A DNA stretch of 64,000 nucleotides from positions 32,001 to 96,000 of the forward strand of contig CAVPXI010000013.1 of assembly GCA_963709585.1 (NCBI GenBank), given 5' to 3'. The position numbers and the translations under genes were made by a program. This document shows positions 31,369-40,479 of the stretch, piece by piece (position 1 is the first letter of the stretch; each line of letters opens with the position of its first letter). The notes under the pieces are model-generated. The model had not been told where the DNA came from. It saw nothing but the letters and a program-made list of their open reading frames with translations, and searched no databases. The stretch comes from Candidatus Dormiibacterota bacterium. GTDB taxonomy: Bacteria > Chloroflexota > Dormibacteria > Aeolococcales > Aeolococcaceae.

Positions 31369-33103
31369 ATGGGAAGGCGCCCCTTTCGTCTGCTCGTCGC
31401 GGCGGTGGTCATTGTGGGAGGCGTCAACGGCGTGATGCTCGTCGTGGCACCGGTACTGCGACAGACGATCGTGGTCGACGACTTCTCCGAGACCCTGTCG
31501 GCACTCCTGGCGGCGACCGCCTGCCTCATCACCGCGGCTCGAGGCCGGGGTCGCACCAGGCAGGCTTGGGGGCTGATCGGCGTCGCTGCAGGCTTGTGGG
31601 GTCTCGGCCAGGCGGCCTGGACCTACCAGGAAGTCTTTCTCCACCTGGCCCCAGCGACCCTCTTTCCCTCGTTTCCGGATCTGGGCTACCTGCTCTCGGT
31701 ACCGTTCGCGATCGCCGGCCTGCTCCGTCTCCCCGGAGCCGCCACCACCAACGAGGCGCGGATGCGTACGGTGCTCGATGGCGTGTTGATCGCCGGCGGA
31801 TTGCTATTCATCAGCTGGGACGTTGTGCTCGGACCCGTGTACGCGTCGTCCTCAACAGACACCTTTGCGCAGATCGTCGGTCTCGCCTACCCGATCAGCG
31901 ATATCGCGATGGTGACCATCGTGGTGCTCACGCTGTCGCGCCTGCATGCCGGACAGCGACTGCCGCTCGTCCTGCTTGCGTTTGGCGTCCTGCTCAATGC
32001 TGTGGCCGACAGCTCGTTCGCCTTCCTCACGACCCTCCAGAGCTACACGTCGGTGAACTTCCCCGATCTCGGCTGGACGATGGGCTATGCGCTCATCGGC
32101 CTCGCCGCGGTGGGCGCGCTGAGTACCTCAGCACATACCGGGGACGAGGCCATCCGGCAACCGCGGTGGACTCTGATGCTGCCGTATCTCACCGTCGCCG
32201 CCGCCGGCATCGCAGCCGTAGTGACCGAGTTCATCGCCGGGTCGCTCAACCGGGTGCTGGAATGGGATCTCATCCTCACCATCACCGTTGTGCTCGCAAG
32301 GCAGTATCTATACGCCCGTGAGACCCGCTCATTGAACGAACAGGTCGCGCGCAAGAACGAGGACCTTGATCTGAAGGTTGACGAGCGCACCCGGGCGCTC
32401 GTCGAGAGCCTCGAGGACCTCCACCGCTCCAACGATGAACGCACCAAGCTCCTCCTCCGGCTTGTGACCGTTCAGGAGCAGGAGCGGCAGCACATGGCCG
32501 GCATCATCCACGACGACATGCTGCAGTCGATGATCGCTGCGAAGATGCGAATGTTCCTGTTACACGGGAACGACGGGGTCGAGGACGCGACCGCTGCGTC
32601 GATCGAAGTCTTCTATCGAGGGAGCAATCGTGCGCATGCGCACGATGCTGAGCGATCTCCATCCGCACATCCTCGAACTCGGCCTGCGTGCGGCGGTAGA
32701 ACAGTCGATCTCAGAGTTCAACGACGACGAGAACCTTGTGGTGGTTCTCACGAATGAGCTCACTGGGGATCCATCCCCGATCGTGGCCACAACGCTGTAC
32801 CGCATCATCCGCGAGGCGCTCACGAATGCAAGCAAGCACGCGCGCGGCGCGTCCGTCACGGTGTTCCTGAACGGTGATCAGGGCAGCGGCTTCGGTGCAC
32901 GCATCAGCGACAACGGCCCTGGATTCGCGCCTCGAACCGACAAGAGGTCCCCGCAGGGTCACCTCGGGCTAAGCTCCATGCATGAGCGTGCGGAGGCGCT
33001 TGGCGGGTGGGTACACCTCGACAGCGCCGAAGGAGCAGGCACTGCCATTGAGGTATGGCTGCCTCAGAAGCTGAAGTCCGTCGTTGAGATGCCTGCGGCA
33101 TGA
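31369..33103 (+). CDS. multi-TM sensor histidine kinase (frameshift near 32612)
   Basis: About 10 TMs, H-box QEQERQHMAGIIHDDMLQ; ATPase REALTNASKH, SDNGPGF, GHLGLSSM in the next frame. Confidence 0.85.
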
Positions 33104-33166
33104 CGTTTTCGTGACGAGTCGGCCCCCGGCGGTGTAAGGCGGCGCCGGCGTCCAGAGTGAGCGGCA

Positions 33167-33562
33167 ATGAACGGCACGCGACTTCGTGTGATCATCGTGG
33201 ACGACAGCGGGGAAGTGCTCTCAGCTCTCGGACGGATCATCGACAAGCAGGTTGATCTCGAGCTGATCGGGGTTGCGTCCAGCGTCGATGACGGCGTCCT
33301 TTTGGTGCGTCAGCTGCAGCCGGACGTGGTCGTCCTTGACGTCAACATGCCCGACGGCGGCGGCCTCAGAGCCGCAAAGGAGATGGTTGTCGTGGCGCCT
33401 GCCGCCCGCCTGATCGCCTTCTCCGCGTTCGACAAGACGCTAATTCGTAGGGCGATGACTGTCGCCGGCGTTTCCGCATACATATCCAAGTCGGGTGACA
33501 TCCGCGAACTTCTCGACGCAATCCGCGTCGGGCGGGATGTCGACGCGTTCACACCCCGCTGA
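33167..33562 (+). CDS. stand-alone response regulator receiver protein
   Basis: IIVDD, DVVVLDVNMP, AYISK; no output domain. Confidence 0.88.
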   Translation: MNGTRLRVIIVDDSGEVLSALGRIIDKQVDLELIGVASSVDDGVLLVRQLQPDVVVLDVNMPDGGGLRAAKEMVVVAPAARLIAFSAFDKTLIRRAMTVAGVSAYISKSGDIRELLDAIRVGRDVDAFTPR

Positions 33563-33597
33563 GGGCGCGCATCCAGTCGCCACGGTCGGTGCCTGAT

Positions 33598-33622
33598 GGC
33601 GACAGGACTCGAACCTGCGACC
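33598..33622 (-). repeat. short tRNA T-arm fragment matching the att-like repeat core
   Basis: GACAGGACTCGAACCTGCGACC identical to the core of the four repeats. Confidence 0.6.
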
Positions 33623-33929
33623 GTTGATGAGCAGCCCCCGGTGTCATAGAGACTGCGGTCACTTAGTCCCAACGACCGACAGCTGAGAGTCGAGGCGGCC
33701 AGCGCCGCCGAGATGTCAGTCTGCGTCGTTGCCGAGGGCCCCAGCCGTGGAGCTGTCCCGGTCCATCGTGCTGACAGACGTATCCAGCCTCTAGAACGGT
33801 TCGAGCATCCCGCGGACGCTGCCGATCTCGTGTTGAACCGCGACCAAGTCGATCTCTTCGCGGGCTACGTTGGCGATTGCTCCAGCGCCCGTCACACTGG
33901 CCAGATAGAGCGCACAGATGACCGCGGTC

Positions 33930-34126
33930 CAAAACTGTAAGCGCTATGTAGGCGCTTGACTGCCACAATCTCTTGCTATGAGCAGCGGCATCCAGCCTCA
34001 ACCATCGGGATTGATGCCTTTTGCAGGAAAAGTGATCATTCCTGGTTAGAGCACTACACGACGTGGGCGCGCAGGCGCCCAAACAAACTGCGCAACCTCT
34101 CGTTGCGAACTCAAGTCGGACGTCCG
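33930..34126 (+). repeat. extended flank shared by att-like copies 3 and 4
   Basis: CAAAACTGTAAGCGCTATGTA...GACTGCCACAATCTCTTGCTATGAGCAGCGGCATCC...TTTTGCAGGAAAAGT..TCATTCCTGGTTAGAGCACTACAC recurs at 58333-58528. Confidence 0.85.
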
Positions 34127-34245
34127 TCGGGGAGACAGGACTCGAACCTGCGACCCCTGGTCCCCCAGACTAGTCCTCACTTCCTTGATAATGCTGAGTT
34201 CGATTTAGAGTGCTTTCGTCGGGAAATGGTTGGAATGACGACTAG
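34127..34245 (-). repeat. att-like repeat copy 3: tRNA-Pro(GGG) 3' half plus conserved segment
   Basis: tRNA part identical to the other copies; non-tRNA part more diverged. Confidence 0.88.
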
Positions 34246-34429
34246 AGCGCCTAATGGAATCCGTTGGACTAGCGTCGACATCCACAGAGGTTTATTGAGC
34301 GTACCCCATCTCCCCTCTTCCCCGATTGTTCTTGTACCTCGAACTGGGCCGCATCGTAACGGGGCCACCAAGGGCGCATGGGATGACCATCTGCGGCTCC
34401 GTTTATTCGATTCGACCCTCCCCGGCTCC

Positions 34430-34476
34430 TGGAGCGGAAGACGGGGCTCGAACGCGCAATTTCAACCTTGGGAAGG
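34430..34476 (-). repeat. degenerate tRNA-Gly(CCC) 3' half
   Basis: Minus strand CCTTCCCAAGGTTGAAATTGCGCGTTCGAGCCCCGTCTTCCGCTCCA: anticodon CCC, GTTCGAG T-loop, ends in CCA. Confidence 0.65.
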
Positions 34477-34750
34477 GGGCGGTCCGTTTTTGTATTCAGC
34501 TGCGCCCGACAGACCGCTCAGGATGTCTATCCACCCCCATTTTCGAGCGCGATCACATGGCCTTCGCCAGTCACCATCGGCCAATCAAGTGGGAGTGGAC
34601 GGCAGCCATCTCAATACTCGATTGCTCCGGTCCTCCACCCTACAGTCCGCCGAGTTCAACCACCCGCTCACTGTGCGCTCGTCAAGTAGCTCTCCGACGT
34701 TGTGAGCACTCCACCGCTCATGTCCGCCAAACCGGGGCAGGCTCGCCTCA

Positions 34751-34825
34751 GCCCTGACCACCTTCAACCCGCCCCTCATCCACCGACCAGTTATGACGGT
34801 TGCAGAGGAGTACCAGGTTGTCCAG
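34751..34825 (-). pseudogene. second HNH (DUF222/13E12-like) C-terminal remnant
   Basis: LDNLVLLCNRHNWSVDEG/GLKVVR; homologous to 24669-24739. Confidence 0.65.
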
Positions 34826-34862
34826 GTGTCGTCCGACGAGATGAATGACGAGTTGATGCCCT

Positions 34863-35290
34863 CTACGAGACAGCGGCAAGACACGTGGACTGCGCCTCAC
34901 TCGGCGCCACCGCCGCTCGAATCGAGACGGCAGGCGGTGACTGCAGCGAGTTATGCACGGTGCAATGGCCGATCGCTCGACGGACTGCTTCGACGCGAGA
35001 CTCAGTTGTGGTCGAAGGCAGGTGTACCTCGATGGCGATGCTGGCGACGCGCCAGGGTGGCGCTCGCTCATCGTCCACGTGCAACGCACCGTCGGCCTCT
35101 CCCCTCCGGAGCCCAAACCGCGGCGGGCGTAATGGGCGACGCACGACGCCAGGGATGCGACGAAGAGATCGATGGGGGTCGGACCAGCATCATCGCCTCC
35201 AAACTCTCGGGGCTGGTCGACGATCACTTCATGACCGCGCACCGTGATCCGGTGGCGGTCACCGCCGAGGCTGACCACTGTCAGTTCCAT
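34863..35290 (-). CDS. OsmC-family protein (frameshift near 35070)
   Basis: DQPREFGGDDAGPTPIDLFVASLASC and C-terminal CTVHNSL in another frame. Confidence 0.85.
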
Positions 35291-35297
35291 GGCTGCT

Positions 35298-35822
35298 TTA
35301 GGTGAAGATGATCTGGCCGCCGGCGGCCTTCTCGTAGAACTCGCCCACGGTGATGATGTCCTGCACCTGGGGGATGAAATCGTCCTTGGTGAGTCCGAAC
35401 AAGTCGACGGACGCCTTGCACGCATATAGGCCAGCGCCGGTGTCGGCGATCATCTCGACGAACTCTGGGATGGACGGAATATCGAGCTTCTCCATCTTGG
35501 AGGCCAGGTAGTGGGTCATCACACTCGACATGCCCGGAACACCCCCAAGCCAGGTGGAGAGATGCAATCCCGGGTTCCCCACGGTCGCGATCTTGATGTG
35601 CTCGTGACGCGCCTTGTGGACGGCATCGAGCCCGAAGAAGGTGAAGAACAGATTTGCCTCGATCCCCTCGGCGCGCGCCCCGTTGGCCATGATCAAGCCC
35701 GGGTAGACCCCGTCAAGGGATCCCTTGGAGATGATGATCGACACCTTCTCGACGGTCGCCGGCATGAATGCCCTTGGCGCCACCGTCGGTGCCGCGGTTG
35801 GTTCGACCGTCAGGGTGGTCAT
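35298..35822 (-). CDS. DsrE/DsrF/DrsH-like sulfur relay protein
   Basis: IIISKGSLD, LFFTFFGL, LYACKAS, GGQIIFT. Confidence 0.9.
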   Translation of the reverse strand: MTTLTVEPTAAPTVAPRAFMPATVEKVSIIISKGSLDGVYPGLIMANGARAEGIEANLFFTFFGLDAVHKARHEHIKIATVGNPGLHLSTWLGGVPGMSSVMTHYLASKMEKLDIPSIPEFVEMIADTGAGLYACKASVDLFGLTKDDFIPQVQDIITVGEFYEKAAGGQIIFT

Positions 35823-35837
35823 GTCAGATCCTCCTCG

Positions 35838-36155
35838 TCAGATGCAGCCGCGTGGCTTGGGGATACCGGCAATCCGTGCGGCCACCTTTGCCGGGCCCTT
35901 GGGGAACAGTTCGTAAAGCTCTTTGATGGAAACGCCAGATGCTTTGCCCAACACGCGCACGGTCGGTCCGGTCCCCTTCTCCAGGTACTCACTCCGCATG
36001 AAGCGGATGACCTGCCAATGACGGTCGGTGAGGTAGCTGATGCCTTCCTGCGCAGCGAGCGCGGGGACCATGGCGTCGCTCCACTGTGATGGGTCAAGAA
36101 AGAAACCTTCATCGTTGCGAGCGACGTCGGCGAACTCGACGGTTGCGACGTTCAT
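35838..36155 (-). CDS. tusE: TusE/DsrC-family sulfur relay protein (single C-terminal Cys)
   Basis: DEGFFLDPSQW, LTDRHWQVIRFMR, LFPKGPAKVAARIAGIPKPRGCI. Confidence 0.88.
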   Translation of the reverse strand: MNVATVEFADVARNDEGFFLDPSQWSDAMVPALAAQEGISYLTDRHWQVIRFMRSEYLEKGTGPTVRVLGKASGVSIKELYELFPKGPAKVAARIAGIPKPRGCI

Positions 36156-36166
36156 GCTGCTTCCTC

Positions 36167-37420
36167 TCAATGCGTTCCCGCGGGAACCTTGTGTTTGCCG
36201 GCGGTCGGCATGTCCGATGCGATGCCGGGGATGGAATGACCCGGTAGCAGCGCGTGCCAGTAGAACCACTGGAACATCAGCTTGCCGAGGTGGTTGAGGT
36301 GCGACTCTTTCAGGAGCGGCAGGCCGATGCGGTCAGGAAAGTGACCGGGCAACGGTTCGGTGTCGTAGTTGAAGTCGATGAGCACCGCCTTGCCGAAGCC
36401 TGTCTCGATGAAACAGTTGGCATGGCCGTCGTAGCTCGCGTCAAGCGATTCCCCTTCGAGGAATCTCCGGATGTTCTCGGTGAGCACTTCGCCCTCGAAG
36501 TGCGTGACGGATCCTGCTTTCGATATCGGCAGCCCGGCCGCATCACCGATGGCGAAGACATTCGGCGCAGCCTTGGATTGCAGCGTGTGCGGATCGGTGG
36601 GTATGAAGTTGAGCTCGTCGCCCAGTCCTGGGGACCGCCCGACAAGATCGGCGCCACCGTGGAGTGGCACGACCACGCCCAGATCGAATGGCACCTCGCG
36701 CCCGTCGTATGCAACCAGCTTCCCCCTTGTGGCGTCGACGCTCCCGGTGTTGAACTCGGTGACGACCTCGATGTTCTTCTGCGCCAGGAGTTCGCCGAGC
36801 TGTCGTGAGGCCACTGGCTTGGTGAAGGCACCGTCGAGCGGAGTCACATACGTCAGCGTGACGTCGTCGCGGACGCCCTTCTCGCGGAAGAACCAATCGG
36901 AGAGGAAGCAGAACTCCAGCGGCGCCACTGGGCATTTGATGGGCATGTCGACGACGTTCACAACGATCCGGCCGGCCTTGAAGTTCGCGAGCGCGGGCGC
37001 AAGCGCGCGCGCTCCGTCGAGCGAATAGAACGTGAAAACGTTCTGTTCCCACCCGGGCCCGGCGAGTCCCTCAGTCTCACTGGGCATCAGCACCGCGCCC
37101 GTCGCGATGACGAGGACGTCGTAACGCTCACTGGTTCCATCCTCGAAATGCACCACATTCGCGCCGAGGTCAACGCTCTCGATGGTGGCTTGGAGGTAGC
37201 GGACCCCTGCATGCAACTGATCGCCCCGGGATCGCACCAGTTCCTCTGCCTGAGCCAACCCAAAGGGGACAAAGAGCAAACCAGGCTGATACACGTGGGC
37301 GTCGTTCCCATCGACCACCGTGATATCTGTCGATCGCGGCAGCACCCGGCGCAAGCGGTTCGCGGTGATCGTTCCACCGGTGCCGCCACCGAGAATGAGA
37401 ACGTGCTTTTGGTCATTCAT
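36167..37420 (-). CDS. sqr: sulfide:quinone oxidoreductase (type III-like)
   Basis: ILGGGTGG, HVYQPGLLF, IKCPVAPLE, FAIGDA, YDGHANCFIE. Confidence 0.88.
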   Translation of the reverse strand: MNDQKHVLILGGGTGGTITANRLRRVLPRSTDITVVDGNDAHVYQPGLLFVPFGLAQAEELVRSRGDQLHAGVRYLQATIESVDLGANVVHFEDGTSERYDVLVIATGAVLMPSETEGLAGPGWEQNVFTFYSLDGARALAPALANFKAGRIVVNVVDMPIKCPVAPLEFCFLSDWFFREKGVRDDVTLTYVTPLDGAFTKPVASRQLGELLAQKNIEVVTEFNTGSVDATRGKLVAYDGREVPFDLGVVVPLHGGADLVGRSPGLGDELNFIPTDPHTLQSKAAPNVFAIGDAAGLPISKAGSVTHFEGEVLTENIRRFLEGESLDASYDGHANCFIETGFGKAVLIDFNYDTEPLPGHFPDRIGLPLLKESHLNHLGKLMFQWFYWHALLPGHSIPGIASDMPTAGKHKVPAGTH

Positions 37421-37457
37421 CGCAGCCCCAGGATGGCACCTGGTGCGATCGTCAGCC

Positions 37458-37496
37458 AGGGTCCAATCGCATCGGTTTCGTGTGACCTTGGACCCT
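37458..37496. promoter_or_regulatory. tandem DosR/DevR-like boxes
   Basis: AGGGTCCAATCGCAT (37458) and GTGACCTTGGACCCT (37482) upstream of sqr. Confidence 0.55.
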
Positions 37497-37618
37497 TCTC
37501 GCGTCCGAACTTGACGTAGCAAGAGAATCGCCCTGAGCTCGGCAAGGCTGAGGTTGCCAATACCAACGCACTGAAGAGGGTCCCGGGGTACCGTCGCACT
37601 CCGAAGTGGGACGTTAAG

Positions 37619-38275
37619 TCAGTTGACGTGTTCGATCGAGTGCCGTTTCGCCGCGATCCAGGTGAAGGGTTGAACCGCGCCACCGGGTGTGACGTGCTCC
37701 TCGCGGCTCAACTCAGCCACTTTGAAGCCGTCGAGGAGGCGTTGGAGGTCGGTGGCGTCATAGCGCGACACAGGGAGCCCGGAGCAGTGGTCCGGTCCGT
37801 CGGCAGCGAACGTGGCCATGATCAGCGCCCCGTCGTCGCTGATCGCCTGACGCATCACATCCAGATACCTCGCCCGCTCCGCGGTATCGGTGAGAAAGTG
37901 AAACACCGCGCGGTCGTGCCACAGGCCATATCGGCGTTCCGGCTGCCAGGACAGGATGTCCTCGCGAAGCCAGCGCACCGGAGCGGCGTCACCGAGCCGG
38001 TATCGAGCAAGCTCAAGCGCCGTCGACGACACGTCGAGGACAGACACGTCGGTGTAGCCCCGAGCCAGGAGCTCGTCTACGAGGAGGGAGGCGCCGCCGC
38101 CGACGTCGACAATCGGCGCTGTCTTCGGCACGCCGAGACGGTCGATGAGAGTCAGAGACATCGCCGGTTCGCGCTGATACCAACTGACCCGGGTCGCTCC
38201 TGCGTCGGCGTAGCGCCGGTCCCAATGTCGACGTCGCGATATGGAGCGCGCCCACTCAAAAGGCATAGACGACAA
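37619..38275 (-). CDS. class I SAM-dependent methyltransferase
   Basis: HWDRRY..VSWYQ, IVDVGGGAS, WHDRAVFHFL, CSGLPV. Confidence 0.9.
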   Translation of the reverse strand: MSSMPFEWARSISRRRHWDRRYADAGATRVSWYQREPAMSLTLIDRLGVPKTAPIVDVGGGASLLVDELLARGYTDVSVLDVSSTALELARYRLGDAAPVRWLREDILSWQPERRYGLWHDRAVFHFLTDTAERARYLDVMRQAISDDGALIMATFAADGPDHCSGLPVSRYDATDLQRLLDGFKVAELSREEHVTPGGAVQPFTWIAAKRHSIEHVN

Positions 38276-38536
38276 AGTCTGCCCCCGCGCAGTGGACGAG
38301 TGATCCTTCAGCGGTGCAACCGCTTACACCTGTATTGGGCGCTCGACGCAGCTGCTCGGTTTTCATCGAAACACCTGAATTGCAATCAACCGCGCGGAGC
38401 TTGCTTTAGCTCGGAGGTCACCTGCCGGTCGGATAGGCCGCCAAGAAGATCGTCGCTTCTTTGCAGTCGCGCGGCCATCGGTACGCGCGGCACCGGGTTC
38501 TCGATGGGAGGACAAGAACGTCCCCCGCTCCTAGCA

Positions 38537-38555
38537 CCCGATCACCGGCATGGCG
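38537..38555 (+). repeat. 19-bp direct repeat, right copy
   Basis: Identical to 21977-21995. Confidence 0.9.
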
Positions 38556-38695
38556 CTGATCCGCTCCCGGCTCATCACGCGGGCTGCTTCCTTGATGCGT
38601 GTCGACGTCGAAACCGTAACCGGATTGCGGGTCATGACCTCGGTCACTGTGACATGCCGGGTCGGGTCCTCGGCTGGACCAGCGCGTTCGGTCAC
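38537..38695 (-). pseudogene. 5' half of the interrupted CBS-domain gene
   Basis: GTG overlaps the USP-remnant stop; VTEVMTRNPVTVSTSTRIKEAARVMSRERISAMPVIG, then an abrupt stop. Confidence 0.78.
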
Positions 38696-39035
38696 GGCTC
38701 GACCCACCGCGGCTCCGGCGGCTTCTCCGGCCACGCCGGCACCACCAGCAGGGGGCTGTGCCCTGCGTGAATCAGTTTGGTGGAAACGCTGCCGAGGAGA
38801 AGGCGCCGTGCGGCCCCGAAACCACGCGCACCGACGACGATCAGAGTCGACCCCGGTCGATCACTTTCGCGTGCCAGCAGGGCGTCCGCGGGGTCACCGC
38901 TGTCGGTCGTTGCACTGACCGGATGACCCGCCACGGGCTCGAGATTCTCCGCGAACCGGTCCAGGCGCTCACGCTCGGTCTCGTCAGGATCGTCAAAGGT
39001 GAAGTACCGCTTCGCCTCCGGTGCCGGCAGCGGCT
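38692..39035 (-). pseudogene. C-terminal remnant of a universal stress protein
   Basis: GDPADALL..LIVVGARGFGAARRLLLGSVSTKLIH..LLVVP, paralogous to the second domain of 17736-18806; no intact 5' part. Confidence 0.7.
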
Positions 39036-39296
39036 ACCCACGCACCCTTTGCGACCAGGCCATGCTGGCCGCCGCGATCGTCCGCGACGGGTGTCTCCTC
39101 GATAAGAAATCGACCGCTCGGGACGTCCACTTCGAGCGCGGAATGGCAGGTCGTAGCGGCTGCAGCGACGGATCGCTGCCTCACGCGCCTCGCAGACGCC
39201 ACCATTCACCCGGAGCCAGCCGCCTGCACCCAACGGCAGCCAGTGGAGATCGACGCCGGAGATCCTGTCCTGAGTCCTTGCAGGCGGCGCCTCAAC

Positions 39297-39755
39297 TCAG
39301 GCCGGCGTGGCCGAGGCTGGCAGTCCCTCCAGGAGACGCTTCAGGCTGGCCCATATGGTCCGCTCCTGGCGCTGACCGATCAGTGTGATTATCGGTCGCA
39401 TCAGCTTGAGCCCGCCGTGCGGCTGTAGGTTCCAGTCCCAACGCAGGATGGTGCCTCCAGCCACCGGGTCGAATCTCAAATCGCCTCGAATATCCATTCC
39501 GGGCAGGCGTGTCAATGACGCCAGGCGTCGGGGGCGCTCATACGACGTCCACTCGATGATCACCGACGACTTTCGTCCCATGGTGCTCACCTCGGCACGG
39601 AACTGCGAGCCCACGCCGATCGGCCCGGACGATGCCAGCTCAGCATAAGTCATTCGGGGGTTGTAGCGCGGCTCGTTGCGCTCGTCTGCGCAGAAGTCAA
39701 ACACCGCATCGGCTGGGCGCTCGATGATGATTTCACCGTTTATCCGCTTAGTCAT
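39297..39755 (-). CDS. SRPBCC (polyketide cyclase-like) family protein
   Basis: IIIERPADAVFDFCADERNEPRYNP...SLKRLLE. Confidence 0.88.
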   Translation of the reverse strand: MTKRINGEIIIERPADAVFDFCADERNEPRYNPRMTYAELASSGPIGVGSQFRAEVSTMGRKSSVIIEWTSYERPRRLASLTRLPGMDIRGDLRFDPVAGGTILRWDWNLQPHGGLKLMRPIITLIGQRQERTIWASLKRLLEGLPASATPA

Positions 39756-39839
39756 GGACAACTCTCCCGATACGCGAAAGGCATTGAAGGTCCACCACCG
39801 TCAGGAATCTGACTATCAATCTTTCGTGAAAGTGCCGCC

Positions 39840-39945
39840 AGGGTCTAAGGTCACCTGCGTCCGAGCCAGACAACAACTCCGCCTCCCGGGCGAGCCGGAG
39901 GCTAGGTAGGGTCCTGCGGCGGGCCTACTTGTGACAAGCGGCCCT
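39840..39945. promoter_or_regulatory. DosR/DevR-like boxes in a divergent promoter
   Basis: AGGGTCTAAGGTCAC (39840) and GTGACAAGCGGCCCT (39931). Confidence 0.6.
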
Positions 39946-40029
39946 TTTTCCGTCTCTGCGGCTTCGCCCACAATCGTAACTACCGGCAGCGCTCGCCTAC
40001 TTCAGGGGCAGCCGGGAAGGAGGCGCAAC

Positions 40030-40239
40030 GTGGGCAGGATCGCCGACAGTGCGAACCACCGATGGTTCGGATTGACCCCCATGCAATTCTTCGGGGCCGT
40101 AGCCCTACGAGTGATAGTCGCCGCGATTGTCGGTGTAGTCGTGTACCTCGCCACTGGGAGCGTGCTCTGGCTGATCGTGGCGCTCCTGGCGACGAGTGTG
40201 GTGATCAGCAGCGTCGCAAACACACGTCACCGCGCCTGA
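40030..40239 (+). CDS. small two-TM membrane protein (69 aa)
   Basis: AGGAGG RBS before GTG 40030; two hydrophobic helices. Confidence 0.7.
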   Translation: MGRIADSANHRWFGLTPMQFFGAVALRVIVAAIVGVVVYLATGSVLWLIVALLATSVVISSVANTRHRA

Positions 40240-40479
40240 GGGAGGTCGGGTGCGCGGCCCGGCCCCCAGCGCGTACTACCCGCCGTGCTGGGAATCCGGG
40301 CGGTGACGTTGATCACTGCACTCACGCCAAGCCCGCGATGCCTTATCCGCACTCCCCGGTCCACCGTGCCAAAAGGCCCGAGAGATTTGTTACGTCCTCC
40401 CCTCGCCAACGAGCCTCCCGCAGTGTCTAGTTGAACATGTTGAATCGGGCGATCCGTGGGTTCGCCAAGGAGGCACGTC

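Noticed and set aside
31089-32321. Long Arg-rich alternative-frame and antisense ORFs (also 11542-12327, 37628-38770, 46297-47340, 58745-59893 and others)
   Set aside because: Shadow ORFs expected in GC-rich DNA, overlapping well-supported genes and lacking motifs
35838-36155. Dissimilatory sulfite reduction (DsrC)
   Set aside because: The second conserved Cys is absent and there is no dsrAB in the window
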